DNA of 64,000 nt, from assembly GCA_963665295.1 (NCBI GenBank), contig OY762209.1, forward strand, positions 416,001-480,000, given 5' to 3'. The notes under the pieces are model-generated. The model saw nothing but the letters and a program-made list of their open reading frames with translations, did not search any database and had not been told where the DNA came from. The DNA comes from Syntrophorhabdaceae bacterium. GTDB lineage: Bacteria; Desulfobacterota; Syntrophorhabdia; Syntrophorhabdales; Syntrophorhabdaceae. The position numbers were made by a program, and so were the translations under genes. Below, piece by piece: positions 49,861 to 59,156 of this stretch; the stretch's first letter is position 1, and every line of letters begins with the position of its first letter.

Positions 49861-51584
49861 AGTTCACAGGGGATAGCTCAAAGCTGGCCACGGAAGTCAC
49901 GAGATCGGAACACATGGTCCGGTCGTTCGGGACCGGGGTGAGGAATACCTTCGCCAACGTCAACCGGTACATAGACGCGGCGACACAGCATTTCGGGTTT
50001 TTCGGCACGGCGGTTGCCGCGTTCACGAGCGGGGCGGTCCTCAAGAAGCTCTTCAGCCCCTCCGACTATATTCCTATTGATAACGCCCTGTTGATGATGC
50101 AAATGAACCTAAAGATGACCGCGAAAGAGCTTGGCGGTTTCAAGAAGGAACTGGCCGGTCTCTCGGGAGAGAAGGGCGTTGATATCGACCTCATATTCGG
50201 GAAGGCGGCTAAGCTGTCGAGGGGATACAAACCAGAGGATATCAAGAGCATCATAAGCGAGGGATTGAGGGGAGCGGAGGCGACGTCACAGGACCCCGGG
50301 GCTTTTATCGACACGGTTGTGAAAATCATGAAAATGTACAACAAGGGGGCCGATGACGCCAAGGATATAGCGAATTCCCTTATTGCCTCACGGGTGAATA
50401 TCGAGCAGCTTGGAACCATCCTTGATCGTGGCGTGATCAGGGGAGGAGCGGGCAAGGAGTATGAAGAAATCGTGGCGATCCTCGGGGCGCTCGGCAAAGC
50501 CGGGGTAGATTCAACCCGAGCCGTCGCCTCCCTGGAGAACATCCTCACCACGATACAAGACAAAACATTGAACCTCAAGGCGAGCGGCATTGAACTCTTT
50601 AAAATTGACCCCAAGACCGGGGAAAAGACCAAAAAGAGCATTGTGGAAATCGTGAACGAGCTTGGGGCGAAGATAGACGAGGCCACAAAGAAGGGCGTAG
50701 CCCTCCAGCGCATCAAGGAGGATTTCGACAAAGCTCTGAGCGGAGGGTCCTATGAGGCGGTGAAATTCCTGCTCAATCACCTTGGCATAATTCAACAGGA
50801 GCTTGAAAAGAAAGGACGAAAAGCGGAGATAGCCGCTGAAATGGGCATAACAGCCGATGAGAAATGGGAGAAGGCACTGGGAAGAATCAGGGAGCACCTC
50901 AAGGGCATGAAGACGGACCTGGAAGGCGTCTATAACGTCGCAAAGCGGCCCGTGAAGTTTCTTGCCGAATCGCCCAACCTCGTCAAAAGCGCCGGATGGG
51001 GAGCAGCTTTCGGGGCGCTCACCATCGGGGGGTATGTAATAAGCAAGAAGGGCATGGGCTTTCTGAAGAGCATAGGAAGCACTGCGGCGGGGGTGGCCGA
51101 GGGTAAAGCCCTTGAGTCGGCGGCGGGGATTACACCTGTTTTCGTGACGGGAGGAACACTGAATAACGTAAGCTCCGTCCCAGGAATAAGCTCTTCCATA
51201 TCCACTTTAGGTGCTGTGCTGCCGCTGGCAATCGGAACGGCAGTGGTGGCGGCGTTCCTCTCTCATGCTTCAGATCCGGAAGTGAAGAAGGAGAGCGAGA
51301 CAAGAGCGGCCCAAGCCAGAGTGGCGGAAGCGAGAGTCCGAAGAATGACCGAGGAATACCTGTCTACTGCAAAGGAGACAAGGAGGTCGGGGGCGTCGAA
51401 GATCGTTGAGACAATGGACCTCGAAACGGGAAAGGTTTCCAAAACCACGGAAAGACCGGCGATAACAAACGAGATCACCATCAACATGGAGATCGACAAA
51501 TCAGGTCAGACGGTCGTCCAAAGCAGCGACCCAAAGACCCGCCTCGACGTCAAACGAGGAGGATTCTTTCCGAATGGCCGATGA
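49839..51584 (+). CDS. Tail tape measure protein
   Basis: Helical 581 aa after the chaperones; TPVFVT motif. Confidence 0.85.
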   Translation: MANQAKIEFTGDSSKLATEVTRSEHMVRSFGTGVRNTFANVNRYIDAATQHFGFFGTAVAAFTSGAVLKKLFSPSDYIPIDNALLMMQMNLKMTAKELGGFKKELAGLSGEKGVDIDLIFGKAAKLSRGYKPEDIKSIISEGLRGAEATSQDPGAFIDTVVKIMKMYNKGADDAKDIANSLIASRVNIEQLGTILDRGVIRGGAGKEYEEIVAILGALGKAGVDSTRAVASLENILTTIQDKTLNLKASGIELFKIDPKTGEKTKKSIVEIVNELGAKIDEATKKGVALQRIKEDFDKALSGGSYEAVKFLLNHLGIIQQELEKKGRKAEIAAEMGITADEKWEKALGRIREHLKGMKTDLEGVYNVAKRPVKFLAESPNLVKSAGWGAAFGALTIGGYVISKKGMGFLKSIGSTAAGVAEGKALESAAGITPVFVTGGTLNNVSSVPGISSSISTLGAVLPLAIGTAVVAAFLSHASDPEVKKESETRAAQARVAEARVRRMTEEYLSTAKETRRSGASKIVETMDLETGKVSKTTERPAITNEITINMEIDKSGQTVVQSSDPKTRLDVKRGGFFPNGR

Positions 51585-52800
51585 TACCTTCCTCTGCTAT
51601 CTTGACGCGGGCGACAGTGACGCGGGACTACCTCTCGATGTCGAGATCCTCGACGACTATTTTGAGTCGGCGATCGCACGGTATGAATATATCGGCAGAA
51701 ATGGCGCGGACCTCGAAAACATGGGAGAAAAAGCCCATGTCGTAAGAATTCGCTGTTACTTTCTCAACGAGAACTACGAGTTGCATAAGGGACTGATCAA
51801 CTATCTCAGAGCCACGGCAACCGAGCACGAACTGATGCACCCGGAATATGGCCTGATAAAAGGCCAGATCGAATCCGTGATCGTCCATCACAATGACCGA
51901 AAGGCTACCGCTGAAATTGACCTTACGTTTGTCGAGCAGATGAGCGGCATCATCGAACCGGTTCAAGCGGTGTCGGTGGATCAGGACATGGAAGATCAGT
52001 TCGAGCAAGGCGTGTCGGACCTCACGGAAAAGCTGAGTTGGCTCGACAAGATAAACAATGCGACGGCCCAGGGGCGGGCGGCGATGAGGGCGGTAGACAA
52101 ATATGTAAAGCTCCTCCAGGGGACGCTTAACCAGATCGCAAATCCGGCGAATTCCCTGACAGCCATGATCAATTACGGCACCAACCTGCCCGGGACCGTG
52201 ATGTCGGCCCTCGCCCATTGCGCGGAGAGATATGCGCTCCTGTACAATACGGCGGCCAATTCTCCGAACCGGTTCATGACGAGCCTCACGGCGGGGCTGG
52301 CGGAACTGGAAAACGCATCCGGGATATACAGGGGCTATACAAAAGTCCATACGGCACAACGGATGTGCCTTGAGTTGTCTTATGCACTCAAAACGGACAA
52401 AACAGCGGCTCTCGCCCAAAAAGGGGAACGGCTCACAAAGGCGTTCGATGAGCGGGGCCGTTTCGTCAAAAACCCTGCCACCCTGGATAAGCCTCTGACC
52501 GTGGATGAGCTTGAAAGCCTGCTCGCCCTCGTGAGGGGGAAAATCCAGGAAGCAGTGGATGAGGCGAGGGACATGCAGAGTCTTAAAAATATGGCTCAAA
52601 TACTGACAGACCATGTGGCCTCCACGAAAAAGGACCGGCCTAAAGTGATCACTATTTCGGTGGACCCGCCCATGCCGCTCCACCTCGTATGTCTCAAATA
52701 CGGGATGAGCTATGAGGACGCAGAACAGATAATGGCACTCAACAAGAATGTCAAAAACCCGTCATTTATGTCGGGGGAGGTGAAGATTTATGCGGGATAA
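51574..52800 (+). CDS. DNA circularization protein (Mu gpN-like)
   Basis: YEY-x-GRNGADLENMG, LMHPEYG, C-terminal LN-x-x-VKNPSF. Confidence 0.85.
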   Translation: MADDTFLCYLDAGDSDAGLPLDVEILDDYFESAIARYEYIGRNGADLENMGEKAHVVRIRCYFLNENYELHKGLINYLRATATEHELMHPEYGLIKGQIESVIVHHNDRKATAEIDLTFVEQMSGIIEPVQAVSVDQDMEDQFEQGVSDLTEKLSWLDKINNATAQGRAAMRAVDKYVKLLQGTLNQIANPANSLTAMINYGTNLPGTVMSALAHCAERYALLYNTAANSPNRFMTSLTAGLAELENASGIYRGYTKVHTAQRMCLELSYALKTDKTAALAQKGERLTKAFDERGRFVKNPATLDKPLTVDELESLLALVRGKIQEAVDEARDMQSLKNMAQILTDHVASTKKDRPKVITISVDPPMPLHLVCLKYGMSYEDAEQIMALNKNVKNPSFMSGEVKIYAG

Positions 52801-53848
52801 AGTGTATTTGCAGGTAAACGGCCGAAAGATAGAGAGCTTTCTCAGCTATCGAATAGAGGCTGATATCTATACAGCCGACGATGCGTTCAGTTTCGATATT
52901 CCGAAGCCAGGAATGACCATAAAGCCGGGGATGGATTGCGAACTATGGGTGAACGATAAGCCTGAACTTACGGGGATCATAGACCGCATAGTAACGAAAG
53001 ACAGCAAGTCGGGCGTCGAGGTGAGAATCGAGGGCAGAGACCTTATGGGTCTCGTGGTAGATTCGTATTGCATTGAGTTCTTTGATCTTCGGAAGATGAC
53101 CCTCAAGGAACTTGCGGAACGTTTGCTCAAAAACATCCCCTATATAAATCGCAAAGATATCATATATCAGGAAAACGTCGCCGGGCATCTAAAGCGAACT
53201 CAGGTCGCAAACGCGGTGCTCGCCATGCCGCAAGAATTTGCCCATATAACTCCGGGCGCAACCGTTTTCGAGGTATTGAAGACATATGCGATGAGTAGGG
53301 GCGTCATGTTTTTTTCTCTTCCTGATGGCACTTTCGTCTTTGGAAGACCGGAGGCTAAGGCAAAACCGCAATTCACCTTCATCAACAAGAGGAGTGACCC
53401 CAAAGGCAACAATGTGATTGAAGGGGTGCTCGACAGAAACATCAGTAAAAGATACTCGGAAATTAGGTTCTACGGACAGCCCCAGGGAACGGATATAAAT
53501 GGCATGCCGGTCATAAACGCCCCGCCACTTCGTCTTGATGATCGTAATTTCGCATGGCCTTTCTATAAACCGTTTACGGCGGAAGATAACAACGATGCAC
53601 AAGGACTTATGCTGCACGCACAGCTTCTCATGGACAGGATGCGCTTCGAGAGCTTCCAACTTCACTACAGGGTTTCCCGGCACAGCCAAAACAACAAGAA
53701 TTATGAAATCAACAAAATAGCCCGTGTCGTGGACGAGACAAGGGGTCTCGACGGGGATTACCTCATCTATGGAAGGACGTTCGAAATGTCCCGCCAGGGA
53801 GTATTTACCATGCTCAAACTCTCGTACCCGGGGATGGTGATAGGATGA
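52790..53848 (+). CDS. Baseplate hub (Mu gp44-like)
   Basis: ADDAFSF, TGIID, GRDLMGLVVD, PDGT. Confidence 0.85.
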   Translation: MRDKVYLQVNGRKIESFLSYRIEADIYTADDAFSFDIPKPGMTIKPGMDCELWVNDKPELTGIIDRIVTKDSKSGVEVRIEGRDLMGLVVDSYCIEFFDLRKMTLKELAERLLKNIPYINRKDIIYQENVAGHLKRTQVANAVLAMPQEFAHITPGATVFEVLKTYAMSRGVMFFSLPDGTFVFGRPEAKAKPQFTFINKRSDPKGNNVIEGVLDRNISKRYSEIRFYGQPQGTDINGMPVINAPPLRLDDRNFAWPFYKPFTAEDNNDAQGLMLHAQLLMDRMRFESFQLHYRVSRHSQNNKNYEINKIARVVDETRGLDGDYLIYGRTFEMSRQGVFTMLKLSYPGMVIG

Positions 53849-54339
53849 TACGGTGCCTGATCAGCGCGGTTGTGGAGGGAGTGATAAAGCGGTTTTCGGC
53901 CTCGGGAAGAGTTGACGAAACCTTTGAGAGCCGTGAGTATTTCCAGCATTACGGCTTTACCTCCAGGCCCAAGGCCAATGCGGAAGGCATTATCATCAAC
54001 GCGGGTAACCACTACATAATGATCGCCTCCGATGACCGGAGGTACCGGATCGCGCTGGAGGACGGCGAGGCGGCGCTCTATGACGACCTCGGACAGCGGG
54101 TGCATCTGACCCGTCACGGCATCGAGGCGGTGAGCCCTATGAAAATAAGCGCCACGGCACCCCTGGTGGAGGTGATCGCGTCGGAAAAAGTCACGTTTAC
54201 CACACCCCTTGTGGAGATCTCCGGCGACCTTGAGGTTGCGGGCGATGTCAGTGACGGCGTCCGGACCATGGCGGCGGACAGGGCGATCTATAACGGCCAC
54301 AGGCACGGCGGATCGCCGGAGCCCGACGCGGAAATGTGA
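53845..54339 (+). CDS. Baseplate spike (Mu gp45-like)
   Basis: QHYGFTSRP, DDRRYR, GEAALYDD, terminal HxH. Confidence 0.88.
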   Translation: MIRCLISAVVEGVIKRFSASGRVDETFESREYFQHYGFTSRPKANAEGIIINAGNHYIMIASDDRRYRIALEDGEAALYDDLGQRVHLTRHGIEAVSPMKISATAPLVEVIASEKVTFTTPLVEISGDLEVAGDVSDGVRTMAADRAIYNGHRHGGSPEPDAEM

Positions 54340-54347
54340 GGATATCC

Positions 54348-54719
54348 ATGGATTTTGCAATAGTAATGGGAATAGACGGCAAAACAGGGCAGATGACGTT
54401 TGACGCGAGCGAGAACGGGAACCTCATGAACAACGTGTGGCTCTCGCTCTCCGTTGAAAAGGGGTCCTTTTTTCAGAATACCGACTTCGGGTTGAGACGG
54501 AGGGCGAGGCTTAAAAACACGGAAGCCACGGCGGCGCTCATCGTGGAGGATTACAAATCGGCCCTTCAATGGCTCATTGATACGGGCAAGGCGGTCGCCA
54601 TCGACGTCACGGCGGAGAGAGACAAGACACAGGACATCCACAGGCTCAAGATGGCCGTGGAAGTGACCCCCGAAAAGGGCGACAAGATCGTGTTCACGCG
54701 GTTCGAGGAGGTGGTGTAA
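54348..54719 (+). CDS. Baseplate wedge (Mu gp46-like)
   Basis: ALQWLIDTG. Confidence 0.8.
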   Translation: MDFAIVMGIDGKTGQMTFDASENGNLMNNVWLSLSVEKGSFFQNTDFGLRRRARLKNTEATAALIVEDYKSALQWLIDTGKAVAIDVTAERDKTQDIHRLKMAVEVTPEKGDKIVFTRFEEVV

Positions 54720-55529
54720 ATGGCGAGTTCCGCCGACTTTCAAAAGGGGTTTGACGAGTTGCTCGACAACATACTTACGGATTACCGCAACCAGGAACTC
54801 AAGGACGAAAAGGGCGACACAATCGCGGTGGACACGTCGCAGGGCACCCTGATATTCATCAAGTCGGCGTGCATGGCGAGCGCGTTGTGGGGGCTTTACA
54901 ACTATCAACGCTGGATATCGGATCAGATATTTCCCGACGTGGCGGACACGGAAAACCTTGAGCACCACGCCTATATCTGGTCCATCACCCGGACATACGG
55001 AGAGACGGACTCGTCCCTCCTTGCAAGGCTCCTCGACCGCATCCAGCGTCCCCCGGCAGGGGGGAACAAATACGACTATGTGAAGTGGGCGCTGGAGGTG
55101 GACAACGTGCAGGCCGCATATTGCCTGCCCAGCGGACAGGGCATCGGGACGGTTGACGTGATCATTCTCGCCAATGAGGCCACCACGGGATCAGAGGTGC
55201 CCGATCAGACGCTCATCGACGCGGTGAAGGCCCATATAGACGATGTCCGGCCCGTCACCGCGAAGGCGGCGTTCGTGCGCGGACCCGTGATCGTCACCCA
55301 GGGAGTGACGGTTGTAATGGCGGGAGACGATGCGGACCCGGAGACGGCCGACACAGAGATCACGGCATACCTCAATGCCCTGGAGCCCGGCCAGACGCTC
55401 TACCGGTCGCAGATCATAGCGATCGGCATGAGCAACGGGGCAACAAACGTGACGGTGAGCGCGCCCGCCGCCGACGTTACCGTGCAGCCTTATGAGATGA
55501 TCCGCGCGGGGGTGGTCAGTGTCGCATAA
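54720..55529 (+). CDS. Baseplate J-like protein (Mu gp47-like)
   Basis: QIFPD-x-AD, PPAGGN-x-x-DY-x-x-WA, GTVDV, RPVTA. Confidence 0.88.
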   Translation: MASSADFQKGFDELLDNILTDYRNQELKDEKGDTIAVDTSQGTLIFIKSACMASALWGLYNYQRWISDQIFPDVADTENLEHHAYIWSITRTYGETDSSLLARLLDRIQRPPAGGNKYDYVKWALEVDNVQAAYCLPSGQGIGTVDVIILANEATTGSEVPDQTLIDAVKAHIDDVRPVTAKAAFVRGPVIVTQGVTVVMAGDDADPETADTEITAYLNALEPGQTLYRSQIIAIGMSNGATNVTVSAPAADVTVQPYEMIRAGVVSVA

Positions 55530-56124
55530 AGACGTGCTGAAGCTCCTCTTTCCCGCCGATTTGGGCGGGGCCTTCGACGCCGATCTCGACATCGAGGGGG
55601 CGCACCTGGATACCGTTCAGGCGGACGCGGATATACTGCATCAGGAGGTATATCCGGATCAGACGACCCTCCTGCTCCATGCGTGGGAGCGGGTATGCGG
55701 GCTCAGCCCGTCGGCGGGAGAACCGGTGGAATCGAGGCGGGCGAAGGTCCTAAAGCAGCTCACCAGACTCGGCGGCTTGAGCGTGCCTTATTTCGTGTCG
55801 ATCGCCAATGACCTGGGATACGGCATCGTGATCGAGGAGCTATCCGCGTTCATGTCCGGATGGAGCGCCGCGGCGGACATGACCAATGCGGTCCGGTCGA
55901 TGGCGGGGGCCTTCGTGGCGGGGTCGGGGCTTACGTCGTTTCAGGACGTGCTTTTCACGTGGCGCGTGTGGGTCACCGTGGCGAGTCTCTACCGGATGAG
56001 CGCGGGGGTGGGAGCGGCGGGGGACCGGCTCATGTATTTCACCGGCTCTCCGGAGGTGGAGGCCGCGCTCCAGGATTTGAAACCGGCGCACACCCTGTTG
56101 ATGTTCGCCTACCGCGAAAATTAA
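55519..56124 (+). CDS. YmfQ/gp48-like baseplate protein
   Basis: LLHAWERVCGL, GGLS-x-x-YF, KPAHT. Confidence 0.85.
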   Translation: MSHKDVLKLLFPADLGGAFDADLDIEGAHLDTVQADADILHQEVYPDQTTLLLHAWERVCGLSPSAGEPVESRRAKVLKQLTRLGGLSVPYFVSIANDLGYGIVIEELSAFMSGWSAAADMTNAVRSMAGAFVAGSGLTSFQDVLFTWRVWVTVASLYRMSAGVGAAGDRLMYFTGSPEVEAALQDLKPAHTLLMFAYREN

Positions 56125-56143
56125 ACGATATCAAGGAGGCCAC

Positions 56144-56533
56144 ATGGCAAAGATTGAATTTGTAAACGGCGACCCGGCGCACGGGGTGCTGGGCACGGTG
56201 GTGACCGCGGAGTTTCTAAACGCCCTGGGGATATCGCCGCTCATTACCAACCCCATCAGGACGGCGACAATAAGCGGCAGCGTGGATAAGGACGCGGACT
56301 TTATGATACTGGTGGACTGCTCGGCTGGGCCGGTGAATCTGGCCCTCCCGGCAATAGCGGACGTGCAGAGCATGAGGAGGTTCAAGTTTAAGAAGACCGA
56401 CGCCACGGCCAACGTCGTGACTATCACGCCGTCCGGAGCGGAGACCATAGACGGAGAGGCAAATGTACAACTGATTCTCAAAAATGAAAAAGTAGAGATC
56501 GCCAGCGACGGGACCGGCTGGCAAAACATATGA
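56144..56533 (+). CDS. Short tail-fibre anchor/adaptor
   Basis: FVNGDP-x-x-G-x-x-GTVVTAEFLNAL anchor motif plus small beta domain (ETIDG...SDGTGW). Confidence 0.75.
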   Translation: MAKIEFVNGDPAHGVLGTVVTAEFLNALGISPLITNPIRTATISGSVDKDADFMILVDCSAGPVNLALPAIADVQSMRRFKFKKTDATANVVTITPSGAETIDGEANVQLILKNEKVEIASDGTGWQNI

Positions 56534-56546
56534 GGAGGATATATCT

Positions 56547-58379
56547 ATGAAACTGTTTACCAGTATTACCCGGTATTTTGCGCTGACCGCCATGGCGCTG
56601 GCCTTAGTCATGCCATTTTGCCCCGGGATCACCCATGGGGCGACCACGGTCACGGCCGACCTCATCACCATCGGCCCCTGGGTAGATTCCAGGGCCTATG
56701 CGACGATAAACGCGGCAGAGGCGGCGGCATATGCGGCGGGAAAGACCTTGAAAGTATTCGTGCCCCAGGTTCTCGCGGCGAGCCTCACGGTGAGGTGCGC
56801 CCTCGACATCGAACCCGGGGGGAAGATCATCAAGGCGTCGGGGTACACCCTTACCGTCAACGGCCCATTCAGGGCTCCGGATCAGCAGGTATTCCAGGGC
56901 TTCGGGGTGGCCGACATCACTTTCGGCGCGGCCGCGATCACCGAGGGTGTGCGGGTCAACTGGTTCGCCACAAACACGACACAGGGCACGACGGACATGG
57001 CGGACGCGGTCCACGCGGCGATCAACGCGGCGGCGGGACGCCTGGTCCTCTTCGGGATAGGCGAGTACCGCATGACCTCTTCCCTCGACCACAATGTGAC
57101 GGCCACGGAGATCAGGGTCCGGGGCGCGGTGCCCGCCTATATCACCCACGGCGTGGTGAAGACCGCCTATGCGTACTCGTCGGACTATACCCCCGCGAGC
57201 ATCGACATCCCTTCGGGGCGGTTCACCGTGATTCAGATGGACGGCGCGAACCTCATAGGCGCGGATGATACCGCGTCCCTCGGGTCGTCGGGCAAGCTCA
57301 AATACCTCGGGAATATCTTCGCCTACGGCAACAACAACGCCAAGGTGGGCGTCTACGCCCAGCCCTACGATACAGTGATCGAGGACTCCCACTTTGCTTT
57401 GTTCAAGAACTTCGGCATCCTGTTACGAAGCGGCATGACCGGCTCGATCAGGAGGGTCGGGTTCGCGGACAACGGCTGGGGGCTCGCCGAGTCGGGCACG
57501 CCTGTATATCCCTATTCATACATTTCCGGATGTCAGTACAGAGTGATATCGAACCTGACAGCGGGCGATTACACGACCATCGACCCTGCGTCCCGGGCGA
57601 CCACGCTCAGCACGGACACCACGTTTTTCAGCACCCGGGGGCACACGGCGCAGAATATGTCCGGGTATCGCGGAGCGCAAATCTCCGGGCTCATATCGGG
57701 AACCATGAAGGACATGCAGGGCTACACCGCATCAATCTACATGGCGGCGGCGGTCGCTATCGAGGGGCCACACATTGAGAACTACAGCTACCACGGCCTC
57801 ACGGCCTCCGACTCTCTGCCGTACTGCATCTACAGTGTCAATAGCTCCCTGTCGGTGAGCGCGGGACTGCTCAGTAATGCGACGGTAACCACGCAGCCGG
57901 TGATCTATCAGTCTCCCGACGGGACAAACACGCTCCACAGCGCCGTTTCCACCACGCAGGACGGTCTGGGGCTTAAGAGCGCCGTGATCCGCTCCGAGAA
58001 GGTCGTATCCGTTACCGTGGGCGCGCCAGGAACGGCCCCCACATACAGCCTGTTCCCCAACCTGTTCAATGACGCGGAGGGGTTCACCGGGCTCGTTGTC
58101 GTGACTATAACAAGCGGCAACGATAATGCCAATTACGCCACGGCGACGTACATGGTCCACAGACACCTCGCGTCCGGGGTCCTGAAAGTCCCCACGGGCC
58201 TGCAACTCTACGAGTATCACAGCGGTACCGGCGCGTACCTCGCCCAGGTCACCAACATAGTCCCCAACAGCACCGCGGGCCTCGACATCACCATCGACTG
58301 GGGGGCGTCCTGGGGAGCGGCGGATACGTGGTGGGTGTCGGCAGGCGCGCTGGGGAGCACGTCAATAAGCAGCCCATAA
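56547..58379 (+). CDS. Tailspike-like beta-helix protein with signal-peptide-like N-terminus
   Basis: VNWF...DMADAVHAAINAA...GIGEYR pectate-lyase-type entry motif; last phage gene; GAGGAGG RBS. Confidence 0.7.
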   Translation: MKLFTSITRYFALTAMALALVMPFCPGITHGATTVTADLITIGPWVDSRAYATINAAEAAAYAAGKTLKVFVPQVLAASLTVRCALDIEPGGKIIKASGYTLTVNGPFRAPDQQVFQGFGVADITFGAAAITEGVRVNWFATNTTQGTTDMADAVHAAINAAAGRLVLFGIGEYRMTSSLDHNVTATEIRVRGAVPAYITHGVVKTAYAYSSDYTPASIDIPSGRFTVIQMDGANLIGADDTASLGSSGKLKYLGNIFAYGNNNAKVGVYAQPYDTVIEDSHFALFKNFGILLRSGMTGSIRRVGFADNGWGLAESGTPVYPYSYISGCQYRVISNLTAGDYTTIDPASRATTLSTDTTFFSTRGHTAQNMSGYRGAQISGLISGTMKDMQGYTASIYMAAAVAIEGPHIENYSYHGLTASDSLPYCIYSVNSSLSVSAGLLSNATVTTQPVIYQSPDGTNTLHSAVSTTQDGLGLKSAVIRSEKVVSVTVGAPGTAPTYSLFPNLFNDAEGFTGLVVVTITSGNDNANYATATYMVHRHLASGVLKVPTGLQLYEYHSGTGAYLAQVTNIVPNSTAGLDITIDWGASWGAADTWWVSAGALGSTSISSP

Positions 58380-58400
58380 GCTGAGGTCAAAAAAAGGATC

Positions 58401-58429
58401 GGCCACCGGCGAAAACCGGTGGCCTTTTT
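58401..58429 (+). terminator. Rho-independent terminator of the late operon
   Basis: GGCCACCGG-6 nt-CCGGTGGCC-TTTTT. Confidence 0.85.
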
Positions 58430-58474
58430 CGGTCACTCCCAGACCCTCAAATATCTATCATTCAAATGCAATTG

Positions 58475-58494
58475 TCTAACACCCAAGTGCAACT
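58475..58494 (-). promoter_or_regulatory. Right-end putative transposase-binding site
   Basis: Minus strand AGTTGCACTTGGGTGTTAGA versus left end AGTTGCAGCATGGGTGTTAGG. Confidence 0.6.
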
Positions 58495-58536
58495 ATTCTG
58501 CAAATGTTTCACATTTTTTGCTCCATTTACTTACGG

Positions 58537-58606
58537 CATACAGGCGGCGAAGGATATTAGGTTGTCCAATATTGCGAGAGTCCTTAATGAGTCCATACCA
58601 CTCATC
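58537..58606 (+). pseudogene. IS4-like transposase remnant, continuation (truncated)
   Basis: IQAAKDIRLSNIARVLNESIPLI in frame with 17156-17274; frame ends at 58678. Confidence 0.65.
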
Positions 58607-58679
58607 ACAATACCGTTGGAGCAAAGGTCCAATGGTGGGGGTGAAGCTCTGAAGTGGCCGATTAAACAGGATTTCTAAA

Positions 58680-58723
58680 GTGCGCCCAGCAGGAATCGAA
58701 CCTGCAACCTTTGGATTCGAAGT
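58680..58723 (-). tRNA. 3' fragment of tRNA-Arg(UCG), probable att site (not a full tRNA)
   Basis: Minus strand ACTTCGAATCCAAAGGTTGCAGGTTCGATTCCTGCTGGGCGCAC: anticodon loop TCG, T arm, acceptor 3' strand; 5' half absent. Confidence 0.85.
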
Positions 58724-59156
58724 TCTGACTTCAAACTAAAATCCCCTGTAATTTCGAACTTATAGCAAATGTAATATCTGCATTGTCTGTCTGTAGTTTC
58801 TTTATTTACAAGGCATCGTATTTGGTCATTTCCCCACAATTCCCCCAAAGGAGGTTTATCATGAACGAGATATTAGAGGTTACCATTAAACTCAAGGAAC
58901 TGGTAGACAAAGAGGCAAAGAGGGAAAAGAATCTTCCCGAAGGACAGCCGAAGATATTCACAGAGTTTTCCAAAGACCTTCAGTTCTACATCGATGAGTT
59001 GAGTTGATGACCACCAGAGAAATCATTGAGGAGACAATCAAGAAACTTAAAGAGGCTAAGACCAAGGCCAAAAACCCGAAGCCCATTGAGAGGCTTATAG
59101 ATCTCCTGGAACGGATAATTGACGAGTTTTAAAGATAGCCAGGAAGGAGGAAAACA

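Larger units (their letters stand above)
17275..58530 (+). mobile_element. Mu-like transposable prophage with contractile tail, about 41.3 kb, apparently complete
   Basis: TTACGG at 17269-17274 and 58531-58536; repressor, Ner, DDE transposase, AAA ATPase, Gam, Mor, lysis, terminase, head and Mu-type tail genes in order. Confidence 0.93.

Noticed and set aside
27776..57392. Long minus-strand ORFs such as 27776-28867, 31903-33108, 39353-40468, 47049-48242, 51628-52683
   Set aside because: Shadows of GC-rich plus-strand genes with no recognisable motifs or RBS
56144..58530. Invertible G-segment, gin invertase or mom at the right end
   Set aside because: No serine invertase, inverted gix-like sites or mom ORF; a terminator follows the tailspike directly
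58680..58760. Intact or intron-containing tRNA
   Set aside because: The 5' anticodon stem, D arm and acceptor 5' strand are absent; best explained as an att duplication
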